Source: Camelus dromedarius
Lineage: Eukaryota
Assembly (NCBI RefSeq): GCF_036321535.1
Contig: NC_087436.1
Span: 87,732,001 to 87,796,000 of the forward strand
Direction of reading: 5' to 3'
DNA: 64,000 nt
The notes under the pieces are model-generated. The model did no database searches. It had not been told where the DNA came from and worked only from the letters and a program-made list of their open reading frames with translations. The translations under genes and the position numbers were made by a program. Below are positions 1 to 13,622 of this stretch, in pieces. The first letter of the stretch is position 1, and every line of letters starts with the position of its first letter.

Positions 1-1882
1 AGGTGGCACCAAGATAGTGATGATGAGTTTAATAAACACCTGAGGTATAAAAGACAAAATGACATTTCAAAGGCGCCTCCAGCTGCAAGCTCTCCAGGGC
101 TCTGCACAGGGACAGGGCTGAGGCCGTCCCACATTCGGGGAAAGAGGAAGCCCTCTCACCTTATCTACCTCAAAGACTCAGGGTAAGATGAAGAGTAACT
201 GAAAAAGGAAGTGAGCCCCTCCTAGAGAGGTGAAGAAGACAGGGCCTTCCCGGTCCTGCCACTCTGCAGGGCTGATCACCTCTGGACAGTTGTTCATACA
301 TAAGGGAACCCAAATGCGAAGTTGGACATCACGTCAACACTGCTGAATGGCTGTATCTCCATTCGTTGTTATTAAAAAAAAAAAAAAAGGCAGTGGGAAG
401 AAAATAAATATTTCTGGAATACAGCTGGCCAGGGACTAGCATACTTGGCATTTAGCAGTTAACCTGATTTCTTTATACTGGACCTAATGGTTTCATTTCA
501 ACTACTAGAAGAACTGCCCCAAACCATTAAACCACAACCCATGTGCCCAACTGGGTCAGCTGATGGTGCTAGTGAAAGGAATCCGGCTGATATAACATGA
601 AAAAATGAGGCGAGCAGCCACTCAGAAATCACTTTAGATGATTTAATTAGCCTCAAGAGCCAACAGGCACGTTACGAACTCCAGAACAGCAGCATTCAGG
701 AGGTCCAGAAGGTCTGTCCTTTTAACTGCCAACAAGCTGGTCTGTAGACTAAATCTCAAGCTTTGTCTAATTTATAACTGGAAGATTAATAAAAAGCTTT
801 CTCTTGATGCTAACTTTACGATTTTCTACGCTGGAAATTAACACCAGTGAGAACCCACCAATCTCTAGGACCGTTCATCAAATATCAGTTAAATCAGTAC
901 ATATCTTTTTTTAAAGTCACTAGGTTTTCTAGACTTTAAAAATCTAGATTATTGGGTAATTACTAGGACTGATAAGTGAACCAACTTTCCCACATATTGT
1001 GCACATCACAAAATATGATTGTTAAATAGGTTAAAAATGGTGACTTAAAGAGACCAATGGCCTAAGAAGAATTTCCCAAAAAGAAGAGGTTACAAGTTCT
1101 TCAAACTTCTCACACATAGAGGATTTTTCTCCCCGTCCCTCGGCTTTTCTTGGAACTCTGACTTCTGTATATCAACTTACCTAGTGAACTAACCTACATT
1201 TCCTAATTCAAACTTGGTATTTTCTCAAACAATATCTACACTCAGTCCTCTATTAGAAAGTTTAAAAATTCCATTATTAAACACTTCTTAAGTTAAAAAC
1301 AAACGGTTATAGTAAAGGAACACACATACACACAAGTATGTATGAAATGCGGCCAAACAGCCAAAGCAGAGACTTGTAGCGGGTATTTCTTTACACAAAA
1401 GAGATCTTATATCAGGACAGCTAATAAGAAAGCTAACTACTTAAAGGATTTTGCTGCTACCTTAGTAAATGAAAGCTGACCTGAATTTTACAAGCCTGCT
1501 TATATTTCATAAGCTATAAATATCAGGCCAGGTGAGGGTTTTAAATACTTTAAAGTGCTTACTCATCAATGCAGACAAGCCTTTAAAAATCTACTTCAGC
1601 GCTCGTTTTTCAAACAACTTCTGAAATTGGGATGCATCCACAATTGATGGCTTATCAGAATTTATTCAGCAACATTTTTCCTTTTTAGTGATGATATAAA
1701 ATAATAAAACTTCTATTAGCGGCATCTTCTAATTGAAGTGCAGTAATAAGTACTTTGGAATAATAGTCTAAATTCAGTCTTTCAGCCTTCAGCATGATTC
1801 AACATTTCAAGACTATTTCTATTCCTACAGAAATACAGCACTAAAGGACTCACCACTGCCAAAAAGGGATAATAACGGCAGC

Positions 1883-1908
1883 TTTTTTTTTTTTTTTTTT
1901 TTTTTTTT
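1883..1908 (+). repeat. Poly(T) tract (26 nt)
   Basis: Direct read; explains the poly-Lys in ORFs 1825..2025 and 1850..2053. Confidence 0.95.
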
Positions 1909-3276
1909 GAGTACTGGTGTCTGGGGGTAAGGAACTTTCAAGGCCAGGCCTCCCTTTTTCCCCCCGGTTAGAATCTGCCCCTGAGAGTAAGTGCCCCCTG
2001 CATCCCTCTCCCAGTCTCCTCCCATCGGCCCCGCTGCCCACCCCTCTGATCATCGCCGATCACTGTCCCCTGGTGGACCCTCTGGACCTCCTCTCAGGCC
2101 CGGCTCACCCTCACCTCTCTTGCACTCCTGTCCGGAAGACACTGCCGACTTTGGCCAGGCCTCCGTCTGAACACTTCCTTCTGAAAGTCAGCGACATGTT
2201 CTTGTCTGTCTAGGACTAGTCTATGGACCAGATCAACCAAAACACTACTGACCCAGTTGTCCCTAAACCTTTGCAAACCAAACTGAATAATTTATCAAGA
2301 TACCTGAACTAGATCACATTAAAATTAAAAATACAAGACAAAAATCCATGTAGTAAATTAAAGACGGTCCAAAGGCTCTTTAGAAAGTTTAAAGTGTTAC
2401 TGGGGGCAAGCGGGGGAGGACGGAAGCATAGAAATGGTAACAAGAAATTTTTTAAGAAAAAAGTGTGAGGTCTCAAAGAAGAGCGTGACGTATATGCATA
2501 GGCCCCAGATACCCTGCCAACAGTGTGAACAAAGGGATGATCCCTTGAGATCTCTTCCAGATCACAAATTCATTTAGGATCTAAGACACATTTGTTAAAT
2601 TGGAGGCTGATGTAAAATAAACTGCATAGTTACGAGTCAGGGCATTTGTCTAATTTTTCATTTTAGAGTAAGAGAGAAGATGTGGGAATAGGAAAAAAAT
2701 TCAACAACAACATGATGATAAGAATTAGGCAAAAATAATGAAGCATATAAAAAACTTCTAATTAAATTTTTTAAAGGAAATACTTAGGGCTTTTAAAAAA
2801 GCAATCACTTTCTGAGCTAAATTCAATTGGAAGTAAAAGAGCTGTGAGAAATTCTTGATAATTACAACCTACTCAAAACCCTTATGAATGAATAATTTAT
2901 TCAAAGTCCTGTACAAACTCTACATGAGGCTGGAACAACTACAGAGGGGGACAAAGATATACAACACCGTCGGTACCCCCGCTGATCTGTCACTGTAGGT
3001 ACACATGCCCATACTGCGTTTTAAACATCTAGTTTAATTACTTTATTACTAAACCTTTTAGAGACAAGAAATTAAATGAGAGGGAAAAATGACCAACTGT
3101 AGTTACACCATATCAACTGCAACAAAAAATTCTGCTTGCAAATCAAGTTAGAATTGGAACTTACTTCTTAGATTGCCTCATAAAAACTAACACATCGTTA
3201 CTTCTTTATTGTTGCTTTATTTGCTGAGGGACAAAATCAGATCAACTGATTGCCCAACTTGGTAAGTTAGACTTAC

Positions 3277-3347
3277 ATTTTCTGGTTCGACACCAATGTC
3301 TTCACAAAATTTCTCCATGCCTTCAGGACCTACAACATCATCAGTAC
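3277..3347 (-). CDS. DCUN1D4: DCUN1D4 coding exon 6 ([24 protein letters not shown])
   Basis: Acceptor TTTCATCACAG, 71 nt, donor [23 protein letters not shown] is the DCN1-family motif; cumulative CDS is 414 nt (138 codons). The gene continues beyond position 1. Confidence 0.97.
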
Positions 3348-3919
3348 CTGTGATGAAATGCAATCTCATATAAATTAAATCTAACCACGTACACTATTAC
3401 TATTGTAGTAGTAGTATACTGTCCAAATATTTACTATTAAAGTCAAGTCAGATCAAATAATGCTTAAAGACCATAAATCTTCTCTGAAGAAAGAAATCAC
3501 CAATTTGAAAAATATTCTGGAATTTCAGCTCTATCTTTAAAGGACTCTGCTCTGCACAATCATTCAAGTCAATTCAATTCGCCCAGTCCCTCAACCTATG
3601 GATATATGTACATATAATTTATATCTAAAGATACAGTTACATGAATTCAGTTCCTGTTCTTTAATGTAGGTTAAATCTCTATTCTTATTTCAATACATAC
3701 AATAATTTTTGGAAACACAGCAAAGAACCACCTAATATTCTTTATAAAATTAATTGGGAAATAGCAGTTGTTTCTTTTACACAGGAAAAAAAAAAGCCAG
3801 CAGTCTTTCTGTTCTGGAGAAGAAAATAAACCCTTTCTCCCCACTCTGTTAGCTCTGCTTCTTCCTGAAAGAACTGCCCACACGTCCCATCTCTACCGTA
3901 GCTCTGTTCACTCTCCAAC

Positions 3920-4870
3920 CCTGCGGTCTGGGTTTGCTCCTATCTCTCTATGAATCTCTTCCTGCCTAGGTCACTGGTAAGCTCCTAATCGCCAAATCTA
4001 GTGGACAGTCAATCTTCGTTTTATTTGACTTCTCTGTGATATCCGAAAATTGTGAAGCAGTTCTTTCTTCACACAACTGTCCCCTCCCACGACTCTGGAA
4101 GGGCCCTGTCTCTCTCCTCTTCTGGCTTATCTTTGCTTCTTCAACATATTGAACCTGACGTGCAGAGTTCCGTGCGGAAACCTCTTCTGGCCCACTCTAG
4201 TAGGAAACCCCCCCTGCACCCGAGGTTTCAGATCTCTCCCCCTCTTACTTCTGGACTGTCTACTACATCGCCGTCTGGCTTCCCACCTCCTGTTTAACTG
4301 TCACAACTAAACGCACCTTCTGCCCCAAATCTGCTTCTCCTGCATTTCACATTTGCAACCACCACCGCACTGAGCTGATCATCTCTCCTCGCGAAACCTG
4401 CGAGATTATCCTCCTGTCTTGTCTCAGCTGGGGGCACCACCAGAAACAGAGATCCGGGAGTCATCCTGGAGTCCTCCTTTCTCCTACATTCTGCAGAGTC
4501 AATCAATTATCCAGTGTGCCACCAATTTTACTTCCCAAATATTTCTTAACTGCACCTGTCGGGCCCTGACCTGTCCAGACATCATTCTCTCCCTCAGATG
4601 ACCCCAGCAGTCTCCTCAGGATGACCCTAATTCCAGAGCTCCACCCCCCTCTGACCCATCCTGCACACACTCACCTAGAAAGGCAATCTCAAACACAAAC
4701 CCCATCCTGGCTTAAAATCCTTCGATGCTCCCTACCACCTATGGATAAAGTCCAAAGTCTCCGGCATATCAAATAAGGTTCTCGATGATGTACTGCCTCC
4801 ATTCCTCATCAGCCTGAGGGCTTTCCACCTTTAAACTAGTTTCTGGGAAATAAATGAATCAAATAAATAT
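3920..4870 (+). mobile_element. LINE-2 (L2) remnant
   Basis: Pyrimidine-rich L2-like motifs (ccaaatctagtggacag, ctggcttaaaatccttc, ataaagtccaaagtc) ending in an aataaatgaat-type tail. Confidence 0.65.
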
Positions 4871-5059
4871 TGCTAAATGAAAAATGAAGATCCAGAAACA
4901 CCTACCCATGGTTTGCTTGCACACACATCCTGACACACACCCAACACCAGACTACTCTCTGTGGCCTCAGCCACGTGACCCCCACCTTCCTATGCAAGCT
5001 CCTTCCACCTTTAAGACTGGAACCAGACAGGCAGTCCTCGCTATTTCCCACCCCCTCCA

Positions 5060-5262
5060 GCAGAGGCTGGGCCAGGCAGTTCTCCTGACCCCCTGGAACA
5101 CTAGGAGTGCTTTTCTTGCATTTGCTTTAAGTCCCAGATCACCTGTCTTTCCTTCTAAGTTCTTCAAGATTAAGGGCTATTTGTTCTATAGCTTATAGTG
5201 TAAGCATACCACCTGGCACAAAGTAGTTGCTCAATAAAGTTCACTGAATGAATGAATGAATA
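5060..5262 (+). mobile_element. L2 3' end
   Basis: cctggcacaaagtagttgctcaataaagttcactgaatgaatgaatgaa is a typical L2 terminus. Confidence 0.75.
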
Positions 5263-5879
5263 CCAGAATCACTCTACAGTCCTCCACAGCATCTAGATCT
5301 AGTCAGTCGCCAAGTCCAGCAGGACCCACTATCTTAAAACGTCTTAGTTTCATTCAGATAATATGTGCTGGGCACACGCTGGAACTACGCCCTGTCAAAG
5401 TGGCGAAAGAGGAATGATACACGATCCCTGACTTCCAGGAAAGCTTAAGAGTAATTTCTATACAAAGTAATAACTCAATCAAAATAGAAGTATAAACGGT
5501 TGTTCTCAAGGAAGGATGAATATTAAAATCACCTTGGGTGCAGGTTAAGACTTGTGTCACGCCTCTGCTTCCAATTTTAGCTCCCCCTAAAGTCAAAACT
5601 CAGCTCTTCCTCTTAATCTGGCCAGAGCAAATACTTTTTCTGCATGTGCTATTTTCCTTTAATCACAAATGGGCTACTTTGTTAAAAAAAATTTTGTTTG
5701 ACATATCCAAATCTGTTACTTTTTTCCAGTACTTTCTTTTTCCTCCTTTTATTTGACATGTTTTTCTACATATTCTTAATTTCCTTTCCTTGATTATTAC
5801 GGGAAAATCAAATAAAAAAGCACATTTAATTTTTAACTTGGCTTTTTGGGGCAACATTAATCCATGAACATCACACAAA

Positions 5880-6800
5880 ATTTCACTTAAAAGTAAAATT
5901 AAAAATCAAAATGTTTAAAAAAGCAAAGGTTTCCCCTCTAACCTCTCCCTACTCCCCAGAGACAACTATTTATGAAAGAGTTTCCTGAAGAACCCTTCCC
6001 CAAATAAGGCGTTTTACAGAATTCTACATGCATGAAATAGATACTAGTTTCTACGTTTTTCACGCAATTTTCTTTGACCTTCCAGGTACAATAATTCAAT
6101 CATCTCATCTTCAACAATGATCATTTTTGCCACCTCCTTTCCTATATTTATGCCCCTTCTTTCTTTCTCTCATCTAGCAGCACTAGTTAATAACTTCCAA
6201 AACAATGGCAAATAAGAAAGTGAGAGTGGCATCCTTATCTCATTCTTGACTCAAATGGGAATAGTTAGCACTTCACTGTTTGGGGCTGAGAGTATGCACG
6301 CCCACAAGTGCACACTAGTGTAAATTACACAAACCATACATGCATACATTCACATGGTGAAATGTTCAAACAGAGAAGTCCAAGTAAAGTGGAGTAAACA
6401 GAGAGACTGACTTCTCCCCTTCCTCACCGTTTAGGCATGTAGCCCCCCAGACCTTTCTGCTATGTATTTATGTATGTGCAAATACACAATGAAATGCAGT
6501 TCTGGATTTGTCTATCTGCATACGTGGGTTCGTGCTGTACCTATCAAATCTTCACCCTGCTCTGTCCACTACATGCCTGATAACCCTCTTGTGAGAACAC
6601 CTGGCTGACACACTTTGCATCACTGCACTGTAGGTGACCATGTGTATCCACGTTTCATAGTTCTTCTCCTCAATCCACTCCTATAAAGTACTCAGTGAGA
6701 TTAAAGAATCATTATCCTCAGATGAGAGTATTCATCTATTCCTATTTTGCTAGGAAGTTCTGTTTTTAGGAACAGGTGCCTCTCTGGTATCTACTGATGG
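5880..6800 (-). mobile_element. Old L1M fragments (antisense)
   Basis: Motifs such as gtgagagtggcatccttatctcattcttgac and tctattcctattttgctagg resemble antisense L1 ORF2. Confidence 0.55.
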
Positions 6801-9800
6801 GACTTCTTGGGACGTGGTTGCATAGAGCGGAGGAAAAAAAAAGGTACTTCATAATCTTGTCTTTGGTTTCTATTCTTCATCTTCACTGCAAACTATTCTT
6901 GAGTCTAGCAAGCCACCTGCCCTACCTGCTGGCTGTGCACAAGGCCTGAGGGTCTCTGAGCAACCCGGCCTCCTCTCCGGGTGAATGCTCATTGCAAGGA
7001 CGACGTTCCTCCATTGGTCGGTCTGTCTGTCTGCCTGGCTGCCTGCCACACTAGAAAATGAGCTCCAAGCACGGCGCTTCCGTCATCCACACCCCACAGT
7101 CTGGCACGTAGCGAGCCCGCAAAGGTCTGCTGAGGTGTGCTGGGCAGTAGTGATGTCAAGTTACCCCTTTTGTTCTTCTTCCCACCTTTTATGCAATGCC
7201 ATTGTCATACTACTTATATACACTTGCATCTGTGTGTTTTAAAAGAACAAGGCTTTAACAGGGTGATCTGCAATGGCATGACTCATGCTACTTTAACATT
7301 TTACCCTAAATATGTTAATACAGCTCATCAGTCAACATCACTTAAAGGCTGCCCGTAACCCTGCCATCTACCACACCGTTCCCTTTGTTCTCACTATCTT
7401 TCCTGCGCACGCATTTAGATCTAGTCGTAATCACGCTGTTCACTGAGATTATGGATGTGTTTACACTAGATTTATCAATTCACCTGCAGAATTGAGCAAT
7501 CTTAATCTAATAAATATGCCACTGGCTAACACAAAGTGGATTAAAAGTGAGGTTTGAGGGAGATGGTTTAAAAAAGTTATATCTGAAATAATAAGCTATA
7601 GAATGCCCTGGTGACAAGATACTGGAGGTACATTTGGAAAGTGGATGCACCAAAAATAATCTCAAAAAAAAGTGATCCTCCCACTCCCACTGACATTTCA
7701 AGCAGGGGCCCCTCACTAAATATATTTAAGCTTTTTGTGATGGCCCAAGACTCTCATGGTAGTTTCCATAATTACACCATGGTGCACCACTGAAGCAAAC
7801 AGGCCATGTCGTCTCCTTCACTGACAGACCACTTTGCCACTGAGCACCTGCTCCTGGTCCCTAATCTCATTTCAGTGAACACTTCTGCTGTAGAACCTAT
7901 CCAAAGTAGAAAGGAAAAGCCCACAGTCAGGACTCGCAGAACTTTTACAACCAACATGTGTGAACTTTAGTGTGGCTCTGAAATCAATGTTGGCACTTGT
8001 ATATTTGGCCTAACCTCTTATTCCTAGATATATTTTGGAAAGAATTTGTTAGATCATTTACGTAAAACTTTTTATGCAATGGAAAGAAACTGGATTCCAC
8101 TTTCAGATGAAGGTCTAAACACACTCCCCCTGCCAATCCTTTCTAAAGTCACAGAGAACCAAAGTACAAAAGAGAGTAAACCTACAACCACAGAGAACAG
8201 GACCAGAGCCCCAGTGGAGCATGTATTAAATTTCTGATAATTAGAAATTGAGTTGAGAGGGATTTAAAAAGGTGAGAGGCTGCGTCATAGAATGCATGGG
8301 GCTAACTGGCCAGGCAGGAGCTGGGAGGAGCTGGGCTCAGGCTGCAGGAGCCGCAGAGGGCAGAGGGTGAGGTAAGGGGTGGAACTGAGAACTCTGGGAA
8401 GAACTAAGGTCCGCCCATGTAGAACAACGACACCACCGAGGCCCCTCCCACCCTCCACTCCACTCCAGGTGCACTGCAGGGAGTCAGCCAAAGCCAGGTG
8501 GCTCTCTCCGAGGGAGCATGCGAACAGCACAGTGGGACAGGCCCCTCGCCCGAGCATCGGGGGCCGTGGCCTCATCGCCTGCTACCACACGCTCGCCCAG
8601 AGCACAACCTGTCTGCCTTCCTGGAACATCTCACCATTCGTTTTTCTTGAATAATACTGATCTACAGTGTTTATTCATGTGGTTGGGATATTAAAAATGA
8701 AAGCAGGTGCTAGTTGGGGCTTTTAATTCCCAATTTCAAGCCATTTTCCCTACCAGTAAGATATAAAGAAAAGAAGCAAAAAAAGGGTGGGTGGTTAATA
8801 AAAATATGGATAGTCACACCCACAGAAACTTCTTGCAGTGATGAAACCACAAGGAACCACCTCGCAGGGACCTCAAGGAGCCTAAAGAATGTGGCTTAAT
8901 CTTTGTCCTAAATGTCACCTTTCTGAGCTAGAGAAAAGCAAACAAGAAGGAAAACTGTAGCCTGCTTCCTTTTCAAAGGAAACAGAAGTGTGGCTTTTAC
9001 TATGGAAAATTTTATATTTGCTTATAAAGGAAGACACACATAAAAGTCAAAATAGCTGTGCTATGGTAGTGGGATTAAGTACACTTTTTCTCTGTTTAAA
9101 CTTTCCTTTTTATAATACATTACATAACAATAAATGTGGACCAATGTAAGAAAGCAAGAGATCTTCATAGTCAAAGTGACACGAATACAAGGAAACTCTC
9201 CATTCATTAAGCCCCCAAGCACTGAGAACCTGGCAACATGCCGACCACATTCACTGGGAATACCAAAGCCTTCAAGAGATTCATGTTCTCAGGACCTAAA
9301 CATGAAAACAATAAATTCTAATACTATATAAGCGTTTGTACTATGTTGTCATGACCTGCCAACAAAATCCAGCTCAAACTAGTTCAAGTAATGAAAGAGA
9401 ATTCACTAGAAAGACACTGGGATGGCTCACAAAAATCCAAAGAACTACAGGACTCAGGATCACATCCTTTCAAGCCTACCACCAGAGGAGAAAGATGCTC
9501 CTCTCCCAGCTTCAACCTGAAAACCACAGACAATCGTATCTGATTGTCCCTACCTGGATTACCCACCAGCCCCTGGAACAGCTCTGTGACCAAAGGGGCA
9601 AGACTTTTATCAAAAAAAGGGTAGGGTAGGGATAGAGGAAAACACTGGCCCTAGGAGTAATCCTCGTTTTGATACCCAGCAAAACCAGGTATGAATAATA
9701 TCTTTCCTGTATAAGTAAAAGGAAGGCTATTAAGCTAATTAAGGTAAAAGATGTATAGCAATTTGTCAGATGGAAAAGTGGAGACAAACACTAGAGGCAA

Positions 9801-10491
9801 AGGGACAGCAGTATGTTAGCTGTCTTTCATCCTACAGGTAGCAGGAATTTTTAAGTGGGGGGCAAGGGTGCAGTGGACTGTTAGAGAATGACATGCATGA
9901 TCTGTTCAGTTTATTATTTTTTAAACAAGACAATAGGAAGCAAATAGATCCTGGCTGGGAGTAGAGATGGAACAGTCAAGATGACAGGTTATGACAGAGC
10001 CGGAAACACGGTGGGGAGGAGGAAAGGTAAAAGAGCCCTCAGCTCAAACTTGTCTGAAAATTTTTCTTTCCCCCTTTTTACACCATACACAGCCACAAAA
10101 ACAAATCCTTTATTTCAGTATTACATTATCCAACCAATTATAGTAAGTTGCAAAAATGGGATCGGATTTAAGACATTTTAAATGACAAAACAAACACTGT
10201 CTGCCAAATGATCTTTCAAAACAGAGACACTTAATATAAGAAATTCCACTGTGCTGCACAAAGGTTCAAAGCAGCAAAGCTCATTTTAACTTTGATGTGT
10301 AAACCAAATAATCACCCTTTACCAGCATGCTCAATAGGTTTCCTAGCAATCCAAAGTATTTCTCCCAAGTACATTTCGTCTTTTCAGTTCCCTTCTAGTG
10401 TTCTGAATTCTTTGGCTTAGCTACTGGCTATAAATAGGATATTTGGTGATTTGTTTCAACTGTGTTCTCTCCCAAAAACAGGCACAGGCAG

Positions 10492-10493
<2 letters not shown>

Positions 10494-10545
<52 letters not shown>
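10494..10545 (+). repeat. (CA)n microsatellite, about 25 units with one interruption
   Basis: Direct read; reads (UG)n in the DCUN1D4 pre-mRNA, starting 85 nt into intron 5. Confidence 0.97.
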
Positions 10546-10580
10546 TGAATTCGAAAAGTACTCATTTTTTATTCTTTAAT
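10546..10580 (-). terminator. Candidate intronic polyadenylation signal (ATTAAA + AATAAA, CA cleavage site)
   Basis: Minus strand: ATTAAA 10580-10575, AATAAA 10573-10568, 20 nt spacer, CA at 10547-10546, then a GT repeat. Confidence 0.45.
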
Positions 10581-10630
10581 CTCCTTCTTTTTATGAAGCT
10601 CAATCTTAGAGGATGTAAATGATTACCTAC

Positions 10631-10722
10631 CTGCATATTCATAGAACCATTCTAAGCACCTCTTACTTGAAAAGGCTTCTTCTTCAGTCTTTATTCTAGT
10701 TGAATCGTATTTTCTATACATG
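10631..10722 (-). CDS. DCUN1D4: DCUN1D4 coding exon 5 ([31 protein letters not shown]), start of the DCUN1/PONY domain
   Basis: Acceptor TTTCTCAATTTCTAG, 92 nt, donor CAG|GTAGGT; manual translation stays in frame. Confidence 0.97.
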
Positions 10723-11964
10723 CTAGAAATTGAGAAAGGAGTTTTAAGTTATTTAAAGTAAAGATACCGAGTTTTTTTAAATAGCAAATAGTTTTTATTC
10801 TTTTACCTAAACAGACATCTATTCAATCGGTATTTCATGTATATTTACAATATTTCACTTCTTTCATTTGGAAGCTTCAGCTTTTATAACTGTAGCTTTA
10901 AACACAGTCATACCCAATATAGAATTAAATGGTAAGCACTTAATACAGGTTTTTCTTTGACGAACAAATAATTAGTAAGAACTGAACAGAACAAGTATCT
11001 GATATACTCCCTTCTACCTCTCTAGCCAGAACTAGCTAGAGAACGATTGTGAGATACAGCAAGAAATGTCTATGGTGCTTTCTTCCACTGATGACCCTAG
11101 ACCTCACTCATGCCTCTGCATTAAGTTCTCCAGACTCCTGTGTCATATGGGTCAGCCTGGGCACAGAGCACAGTTTAAGGATGAACCTGGCAATATTAGA
11201 CATCTCCAGGGAACGTTATAGCAAATTAAAAAAAACATCAAATTATGTCCAAGCCTTCAGGAACAAAACCTCAGGGAAAAGAAATACAGAGAAACCCTGG
11301 CTTCTGCCCTCTTCTCATTACGCCCTAGGACTGTGGAAATGCTGCATAGTGTGGAGAAATGAAGCAGCAAGCACAGCGGCCTCCTCCTGCAACGCAAGGA
11401 CCCTCCGCAGGGACTCCTTACCTCATGATGACATGGGGCTGAGAACCAAGACACTCCCTACTTGAGGAGGGGAGAAGAGGCAGTATCTTTAAAACCATGA
11501 TTTTGATAGAGTAAATTATGTGTATATACTTCTTTTATCCTTTATTTATATACAAATGGTCTAAATAGTTATATATATAAACATTTATAAATGTGGTTTT
11601 TATTTACATAGCATAGAAAATAATACAGAATTATTCTTAAATGAGCACTTATTCATGACCTAGACATTCACCAGAATATCTATATATTGCTGATTAGAGA
11701 TTTGGAGCTTTAAAAAAATGGTTATAGGGTATTAAGATACTGAAACTGCAAACCATCAGTTTTGTATTTCTTTTATAAAAAAGTAGCCATACCACCTGGA
11801 AACAAAGGTGGATACTGGCCAGGGCTCATACAGATATGTTCAAATCCTGGGCTTGGACATTCCAATCTCAGCTCAAAGTCTACTACTGGTCAATAACCTG
11901 GAGACCTATATATGACACTGTAATGTTTGAATTACTTAAAAATTCTCTACATAAAAAAGGATAA

Positions 11965-12302
11965 GGAAATAATATTCAGCAAATAAAAGAAACAAAACAC
12001 TAACACATACTTTTACATACATGGATGAACCTCAATAAAAGGATGCTAAGTGAAATAAAAGAGGCACAAAAAGACCATTTATGTGAAATGCCCAGAAAAG
12101 AGAAATCCACAGACAGAAAGTAAATTCATAGTTGCCTGGGGCTGGGAGTAAGAACAGGGAGTAAATGTATATGGTCATCAGGGTTTCACACTGGGCTGAT
12201 TTGCAGTGACGGCTGCACAACTCTAACAACTTAGTAAAAAATCACTGAATTGTACACTTAAGGTTGTGCACACTGTGGTATGTAAATAAAGTTGTTTTTT
12301 TA
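11965..12302 (+). mobile_element. L1MB/L1MC-type 3' end
   Basis: acatggatgaacctc...atgctaagtgaaa...aaatccacagacagaaagtaaatt...gttgcctggggctggg...aatcactgaattgtacactt. Confidence 0.75.
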
Positions 12303-13507
12303 AAAAGACCGAGAATAAAACTCAGATAATGCTAAGCTCCCCATCCCTTGGATGACCACTAAAATGCTCTCAGTAGGAGTACCTCATGCCCTTCTGCAGT
12401 TCAGCTACCAGGTTTCAGACTGGCTTTTATCATGCTAAATGATGCTAGGCTGTGGTGAAAAAACAGTAAGTGCTCTATACAGTCATGCTATGTGACTGTT
12501 AGAATTTAACAATTCCCTGATAATCACATCTACAAACCAAAGTGTCAAGGAACTTGGCTTCATAAAGCTGAATCACTAGTCTAAACATTGTTGGTGATTA
12601 TCTTTTAATCACTGCTATCTTCTTTCAGGTACTATTTCCCGCTCAATGGAAATATGAACAGTGACATGACTTTCACATTTCAGAGTCCCCCTCTCTATCC
12701 CTGCGAGAGCTGTAGCATATGAAGTATCACAACAGGAAAGAAGCAGAAAAATCTCATCCAACCCCCTCGATTTATCAGTGTGGTAATTCAGGCCTCCTAG
12801 TGAAGTGAAGTGACCTACTGAGCTGAGAGGAGGAAGATGGGAAAAAGCTGGAAAGATGAAAACGATGCTGTCTGGTCATTGTTTGAAGGAAAAGAAAGAA
12901 AAGAAAAGAGAGAACCAAAAAATGGCTATTAAAATCAGGGGGAATCAGTAAAGATGCCTAAAATAAGAAAGTTTAACAGGCCCAGGGAGTTACCAAAACT
13001 AACAGTTGTCTGAAAGAAGTGATCTCAACAGTTTTGTTTTTCACGGTTTCAAGCAAATTCTCGCTCTTCTGAGAATAAACCTCAGCTCGACTAATAATCC
13101 AGGCAGGCTTAGAGCATTCAGTACAGGCAGCTCTCCCCAGCCGCTCGGACCCGGTCCTTGCCAAGGCAGCTACGGGACTCCCGTGCGACCCTTGTCAAGA
13201 ACAGATACATGCAATCCTGAGGTCCTCAGCAGGCACAGACCGCAGGCCCTTAAAAGGAAAGAAACTCTACACCAGTTTTAGTGGATCAATGGACTACGAT
13301 AAAACTTGAATTTATCAGAACTCAGATGACCTAATTTGTTTTTGTTTCATAAACCCACACATTAAATAAGTACCACGAAAGAATTACACTTTGAAAGTCT
13401 GCCTGGCAGGACCACAGCAATATTCTAGCTGGCACTTGGGCCTGGCCAGAAGGGTGCCTCTCAGGCATGCACGCCACCATTCCAGATGCAGGGTCTCTGC
13501 CACGTAC

Positions 13508-13622
13508 CTATCGTGTCTGCTTTTCTTGGCAGATAAGTCATCTCCAGAGGCAGGTCTTCTCTTTTTCCTCGGCGGCATCACTTTACTAAAGCAGTCCGAA
13601 GAACTGCAAGACCGCAGACTTC
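13508..13622 (-). CDS. DCUN1D4: DCUN1D4 coding exon 4 ([38 protein letters not shown]), contains basic NLS-like clusters
   Basis: Acceptor TGTTTTGTAG, 115 nt, donor AG|GTACGT; peptide seen in ORF 13384..13680 matches the recalled DCUN1D4 sequence. Confidence 0.97.

Noticed and set aside
1883..1908. Poly(A) of a processed pseudogene or an intronic poly(A) site on the minus strand
   Set aside because: No upstream AATAAA, recognisable body or TSD; more likely a simple homopolymer and an oligo-dT mispriming risk.
1..3276. DCUN1D4 exon 7
   Set aside because: No sequence encoding the expected VVMLVLAWKL-type motif was seen; it presumably lies outside the window.
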